This document shows positions 11,601 through 21,474 of a stretch of 64,000 bases of DNA, one piece after another. A program made the translations under genes and the position numbers. The stretch covers positions 4,736 through 68,735 of the forward strand of contig URYW01000003.1 in assembly GCA_900552145.1 (NCBI GenBank), given 5' to 3'. Origin of the DNA: an uncultured Collinsella sp. Lineage in GTDB: Bacteria > Actinomycetota > Coriobacteriia > Coriobacteriales > Coriobacteriaceae. Below the pieces are notes generated by a model, which was not told where the DNA came from, did no database searches, and saw nothing but the letters and a program-made list of their open reading frames with translations. The number at the start of each line of letters is the position of its first letter. Position 1 is the stretch's first letter.

Positions 11601-12269
11601 ATGGCAGTAGCTTTTTCCCATGTGATCTTTGATCTGGACGGCACCATCCTCAACACGCTCGAGGACCTGGCAGCCGCCGGCAACCATACCTGCGAGATGC
11701 ACGGCTGGCCCACGTTTGCCGTGGACGAGTACCGCTACAAAGTGGGAAACGGCATGCTTAAGCTGGTCGAGCGCTTTATGCCCGCCGAATACGCGGGCGA
11801 CGGCCGTATGTTTGAGCAGACACTTGCCGAGTTTAGAGCTTATTACGGCGAGCACAAGGAGGACCACACCGCCCCCTACGCCGGCACGATTGAGATGCTC
11901 GACCGTCTGCGCGCCGCGGGCATTCAGCTTGCCGTGCTCACCAACAAGGATCATATTTCGGCAGCCCCGCTTATCGAGAAATACTTTGGTTCCGAGCGCT
12001 TTGCGCTGGTGCAAGGCCGTGTCGATGCGTTTCCGCCTAAGCCCGAAGCGCCCGTCACGCTGCACGTGATGAAGGAGCTGGGCGCCAATCCGGCGACCAC
12101 GCTCTATGTGGGCGATTCGAATGTCGATATCCTGACCGGCCACAACGCCGGCCTTAAGAGCGTGGGTGTCAGCTGGGGCTTCCGCGGCCGCGCAGAGCTG
12201 GAGGCCGCCGGCGCCGACTACGTGGTGGACACCCAGGACGCACTCGCCGAGCTGATCTTGGGCGAGTAA
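11601..12269 (+). CDS. HAD family hydrolase (phosphoglycolate phosphatase-like)
   Basis: IFDLDGT, VLTNK, KP, YVGDS.VD, GVSWGF. Confidence 0.9.
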   Translation: MAVAFSHVIFDLDGTILNTLEDLAAAGNHTCEMHGWPTFAVDEYRYKVGNGMLKLVERFMPAEYAGDGRMFEQTLAEFRAYYGEHKEDHTAPYAGTIEMLDRLRAAGIQLAVLTNKDHISAAPLIEKYFGSERFALVQGRVDAFPPKPEAPVTLHVMKELGANPATTLYVGDSNVDILTGHNAGLKSVGVSWGFRGRAELEAAGADYVVDTQDALAELILGE

Positions 12270-12310
12270 CGAAGCTGGCGCGCTGCCCGGTCGCGGCGAT
12301 GCTGCCGCGC

Positions 12311-12480
12311 GGAAAATGCGTCCCGTTTTGACACCTCAAACTGGGATGCACTTACCGGTTGAGCCCCGTTGGGGAAACGACATCCCGTTTTGGAGCAATA
12401 TTCCGGGTCGCACTTTCCGCAACCCACCCCATCCGGAAACTGCGACCCACTATTCGGCCAAAAACCGGGTCGCAGTTTCC
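12311..12480. repeat. Three tandem 46-bp imperfect palindromes, 62-bp period
   Basis: Units 12311-12356, 12373-12418 and 12435-12480 (ggaaa..ccc ... ggg..t(t/a)cc). Confidence 0.7.
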
Positions 12481-12484
12481 CATG

Positions 12485-12595
12485 GGCAGCCAATTTGGGA
12501 CGGGGCTCTTTTAGCTACTCTGGCAGATAGCGTGAATGGCTTGGCTGATTAGCAGCCAGGGCAGCTAAAAAGAGCCCCGTCCCAAATTAGCTGCC
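12485..12595. repeat. Inverted pair of GGGAC-type REP-like units
   Basis: ggcagccaatttgggacggggctcttttagct ... agctaaaaagagccccgtcccaaattagctgcc; similar pair at 31136-31211. Confidence 0.75.
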
Positions 12596-12663
12596 TCCTG
12601 CACCAAAGGAGTGTCCTCAACTGCCGCCTTCCAACAATGGCAACACCGCAGATAGAGGACGGA

Positions 12664-12810
12664 CAGCGAAAACGCCCCTAAGCGAGCAAGGTAACGTGAA
12701 ACGAAAGGGCGCTGACCTTTTGGTCGCGCCCTTGAAGTTGAACGTCAGATTGCCGCTTAGGGGCGTTTGCAGCGTCGAGCAGTTACGGCGTTTGGTAAAA
12801 CGCCGTAACT
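12664..12810 (+). ncRNA. Candidate structured RNA/ssDNA element, copy 1
   Basis: Long nested hairpin plus terminal agttacggcgttt-ggta-aaacgccgtaact hairpin; second copy at 15140-15286 with compensatory outer stem. Confidence 0.55.
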
Positions 12811-12812
12811 CC

Positions 12813-13370
12813 CTAGCTCATCATGGCATTAATCATCTCGTTGGTTGCGGAATCGTCGGCAGACCACTCGCCGTCGTCATTGCAGGAGTACTTGAAGGTG
12901 ACCTTGGTGTCCTTGGTCTTAGCAGCCTTGGTCACATCGACCATAACCTGACCGGCCATCTTGTACAGCTCGTCATCGGAAGGCATCGAATCGAGCGCGG
13001 CGACCTTCTCCTGGTACTGGGTGGCAAAATCCTCAACGATCTGGTTCATGGACTTGCAGGTAATGGTGACCTCGGCAGTTGCGGTACCCTTGTCCTCGTC
13101 GACCGTCACGTCGCCGATCTTGTAGTCAAAGCCCTCGAGATAGCTCTTGGCGTACTCCTTGGGATCGATGCCCAGCTGCTCAAACTCGTCGCCCGAGGCC
13201 TCTTCCAGGCCGGCGAGGAAGTCGTCGCCACCGTTCTTGACCTCGTCAAACTGCGTCGTAAGGTCCTCGGTGATGAGCTCCTCAACCGAAGGACCTCCGC
13301 AGCCGGAAAGCACAACTACGCACGCGACCAGAACAGCCATCAGGGGCGCAAGCAGCAGCTTCTTCTTCAT
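12813..13370 (-). CDS. Hypothetical lipoprotein
   Basis: MKKKLL + hydrophobic stretch + LSGC lipobox; acidic soluble domain. Confidence 0.8.
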   Translation of the reverse strand: MKKKLLLAPLMAVLVACVVVLSGCGGPSVEELITEDLTTQFDEVKNGGDDFLAGLEEASGDEFEQLGIDPKEYAKSYLEGFDYKIGDVTVDEDKGTATAEVTITCKSMNQIVEDFATQYQEKVAALDSMPSDDELYKMAGQVMVDVTKAAKTKDTKVTFKYSCNDDGEWSADDSATNEMINAMMS

Positions 13371-13548
13371 GACATTCCTCCCAACAAGCGGCACCACGCC
13401 TCCCGACGCGGTGCACGTCGTAACAATAAGGCCATACTAGCCTCTAACGAACACCCCCGGCAAAGCAAAGGCGCAGTCGGCTCGATTTAACGTCCGAACG
13501 GTTTACCGGTCCGCCCAACGCGCAATAAAACGCTCCGCCGCATTGTAA

Positions 13549-13582
13549 TAAAAAAGGGTGGTCGGACAATTCGACCACCCTT
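13549..13582 (-). terminator. Intrinsic terminator after PTS IIA gene
   Basis: agggtggtcg-loop-cgaccaccct with A-run on + (U-tail on -). Confidence 0.8.
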
Positions 13583-13605
13583 GCACATCCTTTGGATGTC
13601 GCAGT

Positions 13606-14142
13606 CTACTTGCGGACGACCTTAACGATGGCGTCACCAGCAGCGACGGCAGACTCGGCCTCGACGGCGAGCTCGACGTCGGCGAACTCGGCGGTGTTGG
13701 ACACAGCCACGACGACGCAGTCCTTGTAGCCGGCAGCGGCGATCTTGGCGCGGTCGATCTTGAGCATGGGCTGGCCAGCCTTAACGACATCGTCAGCCTT
13801 GACGAAGCCCTCGAAGCCGTCGCCGTTCATGTTGACGGTATCGACGCCAACGTGCACCAAAACCTCGATGCCGCTATCGGACTGCAGGCCCACGGCGTGA
13901 CCCATGGTGACGGTCACCTTGCCGTCGCAGGGAGCGTAGACCAGATCGTCCTCGGGCCACACGGCGCAGCCCTTGCCCAGCACCTCGCCGCTAAAGACGG
14001 GATCGGGCACGTCGGCCATCTTGATGACCTTGCCCTTGACGGGCGAGCACAGCACGTCGGCGCCGGCAGAAGTAGAGATGGAGGCAGGAGCAGCGGCAGC
14101 CGCGGGCTCAGCCTTCTTCTTGAACATGTCAAACAGACCCAT
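13606..14142 (-). CDS. crr: PTS glucose-family IIA (Crr-like)
   Basis: VPDPVFS..LGKG, GHAVG, LVHVGVDTV; start MGLFDMF after GAGGAG. Confidence 0.88.
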   Translation of the reverse strand: MGLFDMFKKKAEPAAAAAPASISTSAGADVLCSPVKGKVIKMADVPDPVFSGEVLGKGCAVWPEDDLVYAPCDGKVTVTMGHAVGLQSDSGIEVLVHVGVDTVNMNGDGFEGFVKADDVVKAGQPMLKIDRAKIAAAGYKDCVVVAVSNTAEFADVELAVEAESAVAAGDAIVKVVRK

Positions 14143-14191
14143 ACGTTTTCTCCTCTTGATTAAGCGCAACGTTATGCGCATGCCTATGGTG

Positions 14192-14220
14192 ATTATAGTG
14201 CCAAATGGCCAAATTGCTAA
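14192..14220 (-). promoter_or_regulatory. Sigma-A-like promoter for the IIA gene
   Basis: Minus strand reads TTAGCA-17nt-TATAAT; imperfect palindrome gcgcaacgttatgcgc at 14164-14179 just downstream. Confidence 0.55.
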
Positions 14221-14318
14221 GGTAAGAGCTCGAATCGAGAGCCCTTCCGGTAGTACTCGTGGGATGAGTATCTCCTTTGCATCGCGGGTCGATAAGCTGA
14301 GTATCGCCTGCGCAGGTT

Positions 14319-14882
14319 ATGGAGCGCATGGAGGGGCTCTACCAGACCACGCTGGCCGAAACGCAGGAGCTGCTCGACCCCACACAGCTTGACCACGCCG
14401 CCAAGCTCATCGCGAACGCCCGACAGGTCGACATCTACACGGGCTCGCACAACCTCTATCCAGCGGGAATGTTCCGCGATCGCCTGCTCTCCGCCGGTAA
14501 AAGCGCGACGTGCCACGACGGTGCCGAGGCCCAGGTGCGAACGGCGCTCGCCTCGGGTCCCGACCATGCGGCAATCGTCATCTCCTACAGCGGTCTTGCT
14601 CCCAATCTCAAGGACATCTTGCCAATTCTCAGCAGCCGGCATGTCCCGGTCATCGTCATCGGCACGCCTTATTACGCGCGCCTGCACCCCGGTTTTACCG
14701 CCTACCTCACGGTGAGCGATCACGAGAGCATGACGCACCGCATCACGCAGTTCGCCAGCCACATCGCCGTGCAATACGTGCTCGATTCGCTCTACAGCAG
14801 CTACTTCGCCAAAGACTACGCCCGCTGCGCCGAATTCCTAGAGCGCTCATTCCCCTACACCCGCCTCCCCGGGCTCAAGTAG
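14319..14882 (+). pseudogene. MurR/RpiR-family regulator, SIS domain only (N-terminal HTH missing)
   Basis: LDHAAKLIANARQVDIY..., IVISYSG, FASHIAVQYVLDSLY; in-frame TGA at 14298 and no room for an HTH before the divergent promoter. Confidence 0.6.
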
Positions 14883-15110
14883 CCATTTAAAAACATCCCC
14901 AATGACTAACGGCCGACCTAATAACGACTTCTCGTCATTAGGTCGGCCATATCGACTCTAATAACTATTTATTCCGTAAACTCGTTATTAGAATCTGACG
15001 CAAGAGACCAGGCTCACATGTGGTGATTAGCCATCGGGGACGTTCTTAAACGACTAGCCAAACAAGAACGTCCCCGGTGACTAGCCATTTAAGAACGTCC
15101 CCAATGACTA
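14881..15110. repeat. Cluster of GGGGAC-loop REP-like hairpins plus two other hairpins
   Basis: Units such as tagccatcggggacgttcttaaacgacta and tagccatttaagaacgtccccaatgacta; hairpin ggccgacctaataacga...tcgtcattaggtcggcc. Confidence 0.75.
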
Positions 15111-15139
15111 CCACGGCAACACCGATGTTTTGGCAACGC

Positions 15140-15286
15140 CAGCGAGCGGGTCGCATTTGTGACAAGGTGACGTGAAACGAAAGGGCGCTGACCTTCTGGT
15201 CGCGCCCTTGAAGTTGAACGTCAGATTGTCCAAATGCGGCCCGCGCAGCGTCGAGCTGTTACGGCGTTTGGTAAAACGCCGTAACT
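15140..15286 (+). ncRNA. Candidate structured RNA/ssDNA element, copy 2
   Basis: Same core as 12664-12810 with a different but paired outer stem; overlaps the pyrE stop codon. Confidence 0.55.
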
Positions 15287-15965
15287 AACAAGCTCCGTAC
15301 TGCTCGTAGTAGGCGTCGATGGCGGTCTTGAGCTCGTCGTCGATGACAACCTTGCCGTCGATCTCGTGGTTGTAGAGGGTCTCGACGACCTCGGCCATGG
15401 AGACGATGCTCGCGACGGGGAAACCGTACTTGGCCTCGATCTCCTTCTGAGCGGTGGTCACACCGCCCTTGCCGACCTCCATGCGGTTGAGGGACACGAT
15501 CAGGCCCTTGATCTCTACATCGGCAGCAGCCTTGACCTTGGGATAGGTCTCGTCGATGGACTTGCCGCTGGTGGTAACGTCCTCGACCATGACCACGCGG
15601 TCGCCGTCCTTGGGCTCATAACCCAGCAGGTTGCCCTTATCGGCACCGTGGTCCTTGGCCTCCTTGCGGTCGCAGCAGTACTTGACCTCCTTGCCGTACA
15701 GCTCGTGGTAGGCAATTGCGGTCACGACGGCCAGCGGAATACCCTTGTAGGCCGGTCCAAACAGCACATCAAAGTCGTCGCCAAAGTTATCGTGGATGGC
15801 CTGAGCGTAATACTCGCCCAGCTTCTTGAGCTGATAGCCCGTCACGTAAGCGCCGGCGTTCATAAAGAACGGGGACTGACGGCCGCTCTTGAGCGTAAAG
15901 CTGCCGAACTTAAGAACGTCGGACTCAACCATAAACTTGATGAACTCTTGCTTGTAAGCCTCCAT
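15285..15965 (-). CDS. pyrE: Orotate phosphoribosyltransferase
   Basis: LKFGSFTLKSGRQSPFF, LFGPAYKGIP, RKEAKDHG, VEDVTTSG PRPP loop. Confidence 0.97.
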   Translation of the reverse strand: MEAYKQEFIKFMVESDVLKFGSFTLKSGRQSPFFMNAGAYVTGYQLKKLGEYYAQAIHDNFGDDFDVLFGPAYKGIPLAVVTAIAYHELYGKEVKYCCDRKEAKDHGADKGNLLGYEPKDGDRVVMVEDVTTSGKSIDETYPKVKAAADVEIKGLIVSLNRMEVGKGGVTTAQKEIEAKYGFPVASIVSMAEVVETLYNHEIDGKVVIDDELKTAIDAYYEQYGAC

Positions 15966-16086
15966 GCGGGCTCCTCTCGTAATTGCGTACGTGCTCTTCA
16001 GTTTAGCGCAGGCGAGGCGTCGATGTGGGCGTGCTTTGAGGCCACATCCCCCCGTTAGAGTAAGGAACTGGGCGGCGGCTCATACG

Positions 16087-17622
16087 CTAGTCCTTGGGCG
16101 TCCAGGACCAGAAGAAGTTGATAAGGGCCACGCGCGAGGCGGTGCCGGTCTTCTTGTTGATCGAGGAAATGTGACGATAGAGCGTGGAACGCGAAAGAAA
16201 GAGCGTTGTGGCGATGTCCTGAACGCTCTGGTCCGAAACGACCAAGACCTCAAGAATATCGCGCTCGCGCTCTGTAAGCCCAAAGGTGGCGACGAAGGCA
16301 TCAAGGCGTTCATCGGACGTGAGCTCCGCTGCTTCCACGGGCTCGGAGTCGGAGCATGTGGGCGCAAGATCCCCACCAAGATCGTCGGTGGCAAGCGGCA
16401 GGCCATCCTGCATCACGGCATCATCGGCTCGTTGCCCCAACTGCCCCAGCAGCGTAATCGCAATGCCCACAAACATCACGAGCGCCGCACCGACCGCAGC
16501 CAGCACGTTTTGACTCGAGATAATCGCCACCGCCGGCGCCGTCACGAGCATCGAGCACACGTTGTTGACGACGCGACCCATGCACGGCCAAAAATATGAC
16601 CAGCGCGCATAGAGCGAGACGGCGGCATATTTTGTGGTAAAGAACACCACGAAAAAGCCCGAGCCCAGATAAAAAATGATCGTGGCAGCGAGCTCGTTGC
16701 CACCATTGCCGTCGACGATGAGCACAAAGAACGAAAGCGTGGACAGTATGGCGGCACATGTCATGCCGATATTCATATACGAGCGGCCGTGCAGGTCAAA
16801 TAGTGCGCCAGCGACCAACGAGCTCACGACAAGCAGCAGGCGCGGCCAATCGCCCAAATCGACGGCTCCGACAGCATGCAAGGTCGTGAAGCCCGCGTTG
16901 AGAGCGGCGAATTCGCTGGAAAGATACGCCGTCGCCACGGTCAGGCGAACTACGGCGCGACGGAATGCCGCCTTTGCCTCGGGATCGTCATGCCACTTGG
17001 CGCCATATTCCAGAGCATCTACCGAAAGCCCGGCGGCACTGGGTTCAAAGTTGGGGTCGGACTCGTCGCGCAGCTTGGCGCGTCGGACACCGTGGAGCAA
17101 CGCCACCTGCGCGATCGCACAGACGACCAGAACAGCCTGCTGAGGAATGCCGACAGGCATCACCATGTGGTTGAGAACCTGCACCAGAACGCCCATGGCG
17201 TAAGAAAGTGCGGCGGCGCGCGCCAAGCAGGGCGTTCGCGCAAAGCGCCTCGCAAAATTTGCATGAGCAGTCGATCAGCAGTAGACCAGCGCGCAGCACG
17301 CCTCCATACCTCCTGCAATTACCACCTCTACCTGTACCGCCATAATCAACAGCTGCAATGCCGCCACCAGCAATTCGCCCGTGACGTCACTCGTTGCGTC
17401 GATAGCATGGGGACGGCGATAGTACAGAATGGGACGCACAAAAAAGCCAATCACGCTCGCGCCGATGACAAGGCTCTCATAAATAACGACCTCGTTCGGA
17501 GACACGAACTCGGCCATGCGCACATCAAAAAGATACTCGCACGCCAAAAACGTGAAGAAGAACAGCGCCAGGCATATAATCTCCCGAATGCCCCGACGCA
17601 AATATGCGGTTGTGTCTCCCAT
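16087..17622 (-). pseudogene. Multi-TM LuxR-family regulator interrupted by in-frame TGA at 17275-17277
   Basis: Two ORFs in the same frame (…LVYC*STAHANF…); C-terminal LTERERDIL…LSRSTLYRHISSINKK HTH. Confidence 0.75.
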
Positions 17623-17799
17623 GCCCCTCATGGTTAACCCCCCAGCCGCTCAATTGTCTGGAAATCTATTTTAATAAAGAACCAGTCTCAATACCGAAGC
17701 CAGGCTCGAAATGTTGCCAATTCGACCCCGGCCGTCCACATCACGCCGCGATTTTGAGCCGCATGGACCAGAAGGAACGCGCGCGATCTCTAGCTCGGC

Positions 17800-17901
17800 C
17801 AGGAGTGTCTCCAACTACCACTCATTTAAGTACGTCCCCAATGAGTGGCCGAAGAGTGTCCCCCGCGACTAGTCGTTTAAGAACGTCCCCAACGACTAGT
17901 C
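17800..17901. repeat. GGGGAC-loop REP-like cluster
   Basis: ccactcatt-taagtacgtcccc-aatgagtgg and actagtcgtt-taagaacgtcccc-aacgactagt. Confidence 0.8.
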
Positions 17902-18019
17902 AAAAATGGGCCATATGTCCCAGTTGTGGAGACTCCTTGAGCCGTCTGGGTATCGCGAAGGATCGCGCACTCCCCCATCATCAAAAGTGACACACGCTAC
18001 CAGTTGATGGGAGGCAGCC

Positions 18020-18757
18020 ATGGGCTTCTTTGACAAGATGTTCGAGAAGAAAGAGTGCGCGATTTGCGGTACCGAGCTGGGACTTCTAGGTAAGACAAAA
18101 ATCAATGAAGGCTACCTGTGCAAAGAGTGCGCCGGCAAGCTCTCCCCCTACTTTCACGGCTATCGCTCCAGCACCGCGGACGACATCCGTTAGCAACTCG
18201 CCTACCGCGAGGCCAACGCCGAGCGCCTGTCTTCGTTCAACCCCACGCGCACGCTTTCTGCCGGGCGCACCAATATCATGCTCGATGAGGACGCGGGCCT
18301 GCTGATCATCACTTCGCAGAGCCGCTGGCGCGACGCCAATCCCGACATCATCGAGTTCTCGCAGGTACTCGGCTGCGATATGGATATCGACGAACAACGC
18401 ACCGAGATCTATCGCGAGACCAAGGACGGCGAGCGCGAGAGCTACAACCCGCCGCGCTACGACCTGGATTACGACTTTAATCTGACCATCCACGTCAACA
18501 CGCCGTACTTTACCGAGATCAACCTGCGCGTGAACGACTCCACCATCGATCAGCGCGGCTCCATCGAATATCGCGAGGCCAAGCGCCAGGCAACCGAAGT
18601 CCGCGATGCGCTGGTGCAGCTGCGCCAGGAGACGCGCGACAGCGTCGTGGCCGCCAAAGCCCCCAAGACCGCGGTGACCTGCCCCTTCTGCGGAGCCAAC
18701 ACCATTCCCGATGCCAGCGGGCGCTGCGAATACTGCGGCGGCGCCATCGGCGCATAG
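18020..18757 (+). pseudogene. DUF4428-like zinc-ribbon protein interrupted by in-frame TAG at 18191-18193
   Basis: MGFFDKMFEKKECAICG…GYLCKEC…DDIR*QLAYRE continues in frame to CPFCGA…CEYCGG; GGAGG RBS. Confidence 0.75.
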
Positions 18758-18781
18758 CCTCCGGCAGCGAAAGGACCGATC

Positions 18782-20104
18782 ATGGCCTTTGAGAGCATCA
18801 ACTATCAATGCCCCGCGTGTGGCGGCCCCCTTCACTTTGCCAGTGCCGAGCAAAAGCTCGTCTGCGACTACTGCGATTCTCGTTTTGAAGTCGAAGAAGT
18901 CGAGGCCCTCTATCGCGAGCGCCAGGACAAGGCAGATGCCAAAGCCGATGCAGCAGCCGCAACGCCCAAGCCCGTCGCCGACGACGCGGTGCAGGAACTC
19001 GCCCAAAACGCCGGCTACATCTGCTCGTCGTGCGGCGCCGAGCTCGTGTCCGACGGCACCGTCGCCGTCACCACCTGCCCGTACTGCGGCAACTCCGCCG
19101 TGGCGCCCGGCCAGCTCTCTGGCGACTTCTCGCCCGACCTGGTGATTCCGTTTAAGCTCGGGCGCGATGACGTCACGGCCGCACTCAAGGAACACTACAA
19201 GGGCAAGATCTTGCTGCCCAAGAGCTTTGTCACCGGCAACCACATCGACGAGGTCCAAGGTGTCTACGTGCCGTTTTGGCTCTACGGCGCCCGCGTTGAC
19301 GGCGAAGTGTACTTTGACGCGACCAACGAGACCGTGACCGAGGAATCCGACCGCACCGTCACGACCACCGACCACTACGATGCCTATCGCAAGGGCAATA
19401 TCTCGTTTAAGCGCGTGCCCGTCGACGGATCATCCAAGATGCCCGACGGCCACATGGACGCCATCGAGCCGTTTGACTACGACGCACTGCGTCCGTTCTC
19501 GGTCGCATATATGCCCGGCTACATCGCCAACCGTTACGACGAGGACTGCGAGACCTGCAAGGCGCGCGCCGAGCGCCGTATGGAGGAAAGCACGATCTCG
19601 GCCCTGCGCGAGACCGTCGTCGACGAATACGACGATGCCGCGGTCGAAAGCAAGCAGCTCGACTACACCTGGGAAGACAGCGACTACGCCCTGTTCCCTG
19701 TCTGGATGCTCTCCACCTCGTGGAACGGCAAGAGCTACCTGTTTGCCATGAACGGCCAGACCGGCCGCTTGGTCGGCGAGCTCCCCTGCTCCAAGCCCAA
19801 GCTCGCCATCGCCTCGGTGCTGTTCTTTATGATCGGATTTATCCTCTCCCAGATTCTCTTTATGGGTGAGAACGCCTTCGATCCGGATTACCTCACCTTT
19901 GATATCGAGGGCATCCTCATCAACATCATCGCGCCGCTGATCATCGTGATTATCGGAGACGTGCTACTGGTAGGCCAGCTCAAGACGGCCAACGAAGCAA
20001 CCTGTGCCGATGAGTATTGTGGCGAGCTCGACCTGACCGAGAAACACGACACCTTCAGCCACACCGAGACCACCGTTGTCATGAAAGACGACAAGGACGA
20101 CTAA
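18782..20104 (+). CDS. Zinc-ribbon membrane protein (YdjG-like)
   Basis: CPACGG/CDYCDS and CSSCGA/CPYCG, PDLVIPF, YVPFW, NGQTG, two C-terminal TMs. Confidence 0.8.
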   Translation: MAFESINYQCPACGGPLHFASAEQKLVCDYCDSRFEVEEVEALYRERQDKADAKADAAAATPKPVADDAVQELAQNAGYICSSCGAELVSDGTVAVTTCPYCGNSAVAPGQLSGDFSPDLVIPFKLGRDDVTAALKEHYKGKILLPKSFVTGNHIDEVQGVYVPFWLYGARVDGEVYFDATNETVTEESDRTVTTTDHYDAYRKGNISFKRVPVDGSSKMPDGHMDAIEPFDYDALRPFSVAYMPGYIANRYDEDCETCKARAERRMEESTISALRETVVDEYDDAAVESKQLDYTWEDSDYALFPVWMLSTSWNGKSYLFAMNGQTGRLVGELPCSKPKLAIASVLFFMIGFILSQILFMGENAFDPDYLTFDIEGILINIIAPLIIVIIGDVLLVGQLKTANEATCADEYCGELDLTEKHDTFSHTETTVVMKDDKDD

Positions 20105-20152
20105 GCAATCCAACCAATACCACCCGGCCTTTGACGAGAAAGGAAGATCACC

Positions 20153-21394
20153 ATGGGACTCTTGAAAGCTGGATTGGGAGCTGCCGGCGGCGTCATGGCC
20201 GACCAGTGGAAGGAATTTATCTACTGCGAATCGATGCCTGCTGACGTCTTGGCCTGCAAGGGCAGCAAACGTACCGGTGGCCGCAGCTCCAACACGCGCG
20301 GCGAGGACAACGTCATCTCCAACGGCTCGGTCATCGCCGTCAACGACGGACAAGGCATGCTCGTGGTGCAAAACGGCAAGATCATCGAAGTCGCGCTGGA
20401 GCCCGGTGAGTTCGTCTTCGATACCGGCAGCGAGCCGAGCGTCTTTAGCGGCAACCTGGGCGATTCCATCAAGGAGACCTTCGCCAATATCGGCAGCCGT
20501 TTTACCTTTGGCGGCGATGCAGGCAAGGACCAGCGCGTCTACTTCATCAACACCAAGGAGATCATCGGCAACAAATACGGCACCGCCTCGCCCGTACCCT
20601 TCCGCGTGGTCGATAACAACATTGGCCTGGACGTCGACATCTCCGTGCGCTGCAACGGCGAGTATTCGTACCGCATCACCAATCCGCTGCTGTTCTACAC
20701 CAACGTATGCGGCAACGTGACCGATAGCTACACGCGCGACAAGATCGACAGCCAGCTTAAGTCCGAGCTGCTCACCGCCCTGCAGCCCGCCTTTGCCAAG
20801 ATCTCGGAGATGGGCATCCGCTACAGCGCCATCCCCGGCCACACCACCGAGCTCGCCCGTGCGCTCAACGAGGTCCTCTCTGCCGACTGGCGCGACCTGC
20901 GTGGTGTCGAGATCGTGAGCTTTGGCGTCAACTCCATCGCCGCCTCGCAAGAAGACGAGCAGATGATCAAGGACCTGCAGAAGGCCGCGGTCATGCGCGA
21001 TCCCACCATGGCGGCAGCCAACATTGCCAGCGCCCAGAGCGACGCAATGCGCGCGGCAGCCGCCAACCCCAACGGCGCGATGACCGGCTTTATGGGCATG
21101 GGCATGGCGGGCGGCATGGGCGGCATGAACGCCAGCCAGCTGTTCGCCGCCGGCCAGGCACAGCAGCAGGCTGCCCCACAGCCAGCTCCGGCACCCGCCC
21201 CCGCACCGGCTCCTACCACTGCCCCCGCGGCCGGCACGTGGACCTGCAGCTGCGGCGCCACCAACACCGGCAAGTTCTGCCCCGAGTGTGGCAGTCCCGC
21301 ACCCGCCCCGGCACCGGCCAAGTGGTTCTGTCCCAACTGCGGTAGCGAAAACGGCGGCAAGTTCTGCAGCAACTGCGGAACGCCCAGGCCCTAG
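20153..21394 (+). CDS. SPFH-domain protein with C-terminal double zinc ribbon (YdjI-like)
   Basis: ADQWKEF, NVISNGS.I.V, GFMGMGMA, WTCSCG…FCPECG…FCSNCG. Confidence 0.85.
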   Translation: MGLLKAGLGAAGGVMADQWKEFIYCESMPADVLACKGSKRTGGRSSNTRGEDNVISNGSVIAVNDGQGMLVVQNGKIIEVALEPGEFVFDTGSEPSVFSGNLGDSIKETFANIGSRFTFGGDAGKDQRVYFINTKEIIGNKYGTASPVPFRVVDNNIGLDVDISVRCNGEYSYRITNPLLFYTNVCGNVTDSYTRDKIDSQLKSELLTALQPAFAKISEMGIRYSAIPGHTTELARALNEVLSADWRDLRGVEIVSFGVNSIAASQEDEQMIKDLQKAAVMRDPTMAAANIASAQSDAMRAAAANPNGAMTGFMGMGMAGGMGGMNASQLFAAGQAQQQAAPQPAPAPAPAPAPTTAPAAGTWTCSCGATNTGKFCPECGSPAPAPAPAKWFCPNCGSENGGKFCSNCGTPRP

Positions 21395-21474
21395 CCCCTC
21401 TATCTGGTAATTGGCGGGGGGTCCGCCACCCCCGCATTTGCTTCTATGGGTTTCGTTCGATGAAGGAGGACACC

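Noticed and set aside
12696..13490. 264-aa plus-strand ORF starting inside the structured element
   Set aside because: Antisense shadow of the lipoprotein gene; no recognisable protein features.
15966..16086. PyrR attenuator upstream of pyrE
   Set aside because: No recognisable PyrR-binding loop or terminator/antiterminator pair.
17275..18193. Selenocysteine or pyrrolysine recoding of the TGA and TAG
   Set aside because: Positions look like Gly and Glu rather than catalytic residues; no recoding machinery in the window, and both codons serve as normal stops nearby.
20153..21394. Phage origin of the SPFH protein (such proteins are sometimes labelled virion core protein)
   Set aside because: No phage genes nearby; context fits a cellular YdjI-like module.
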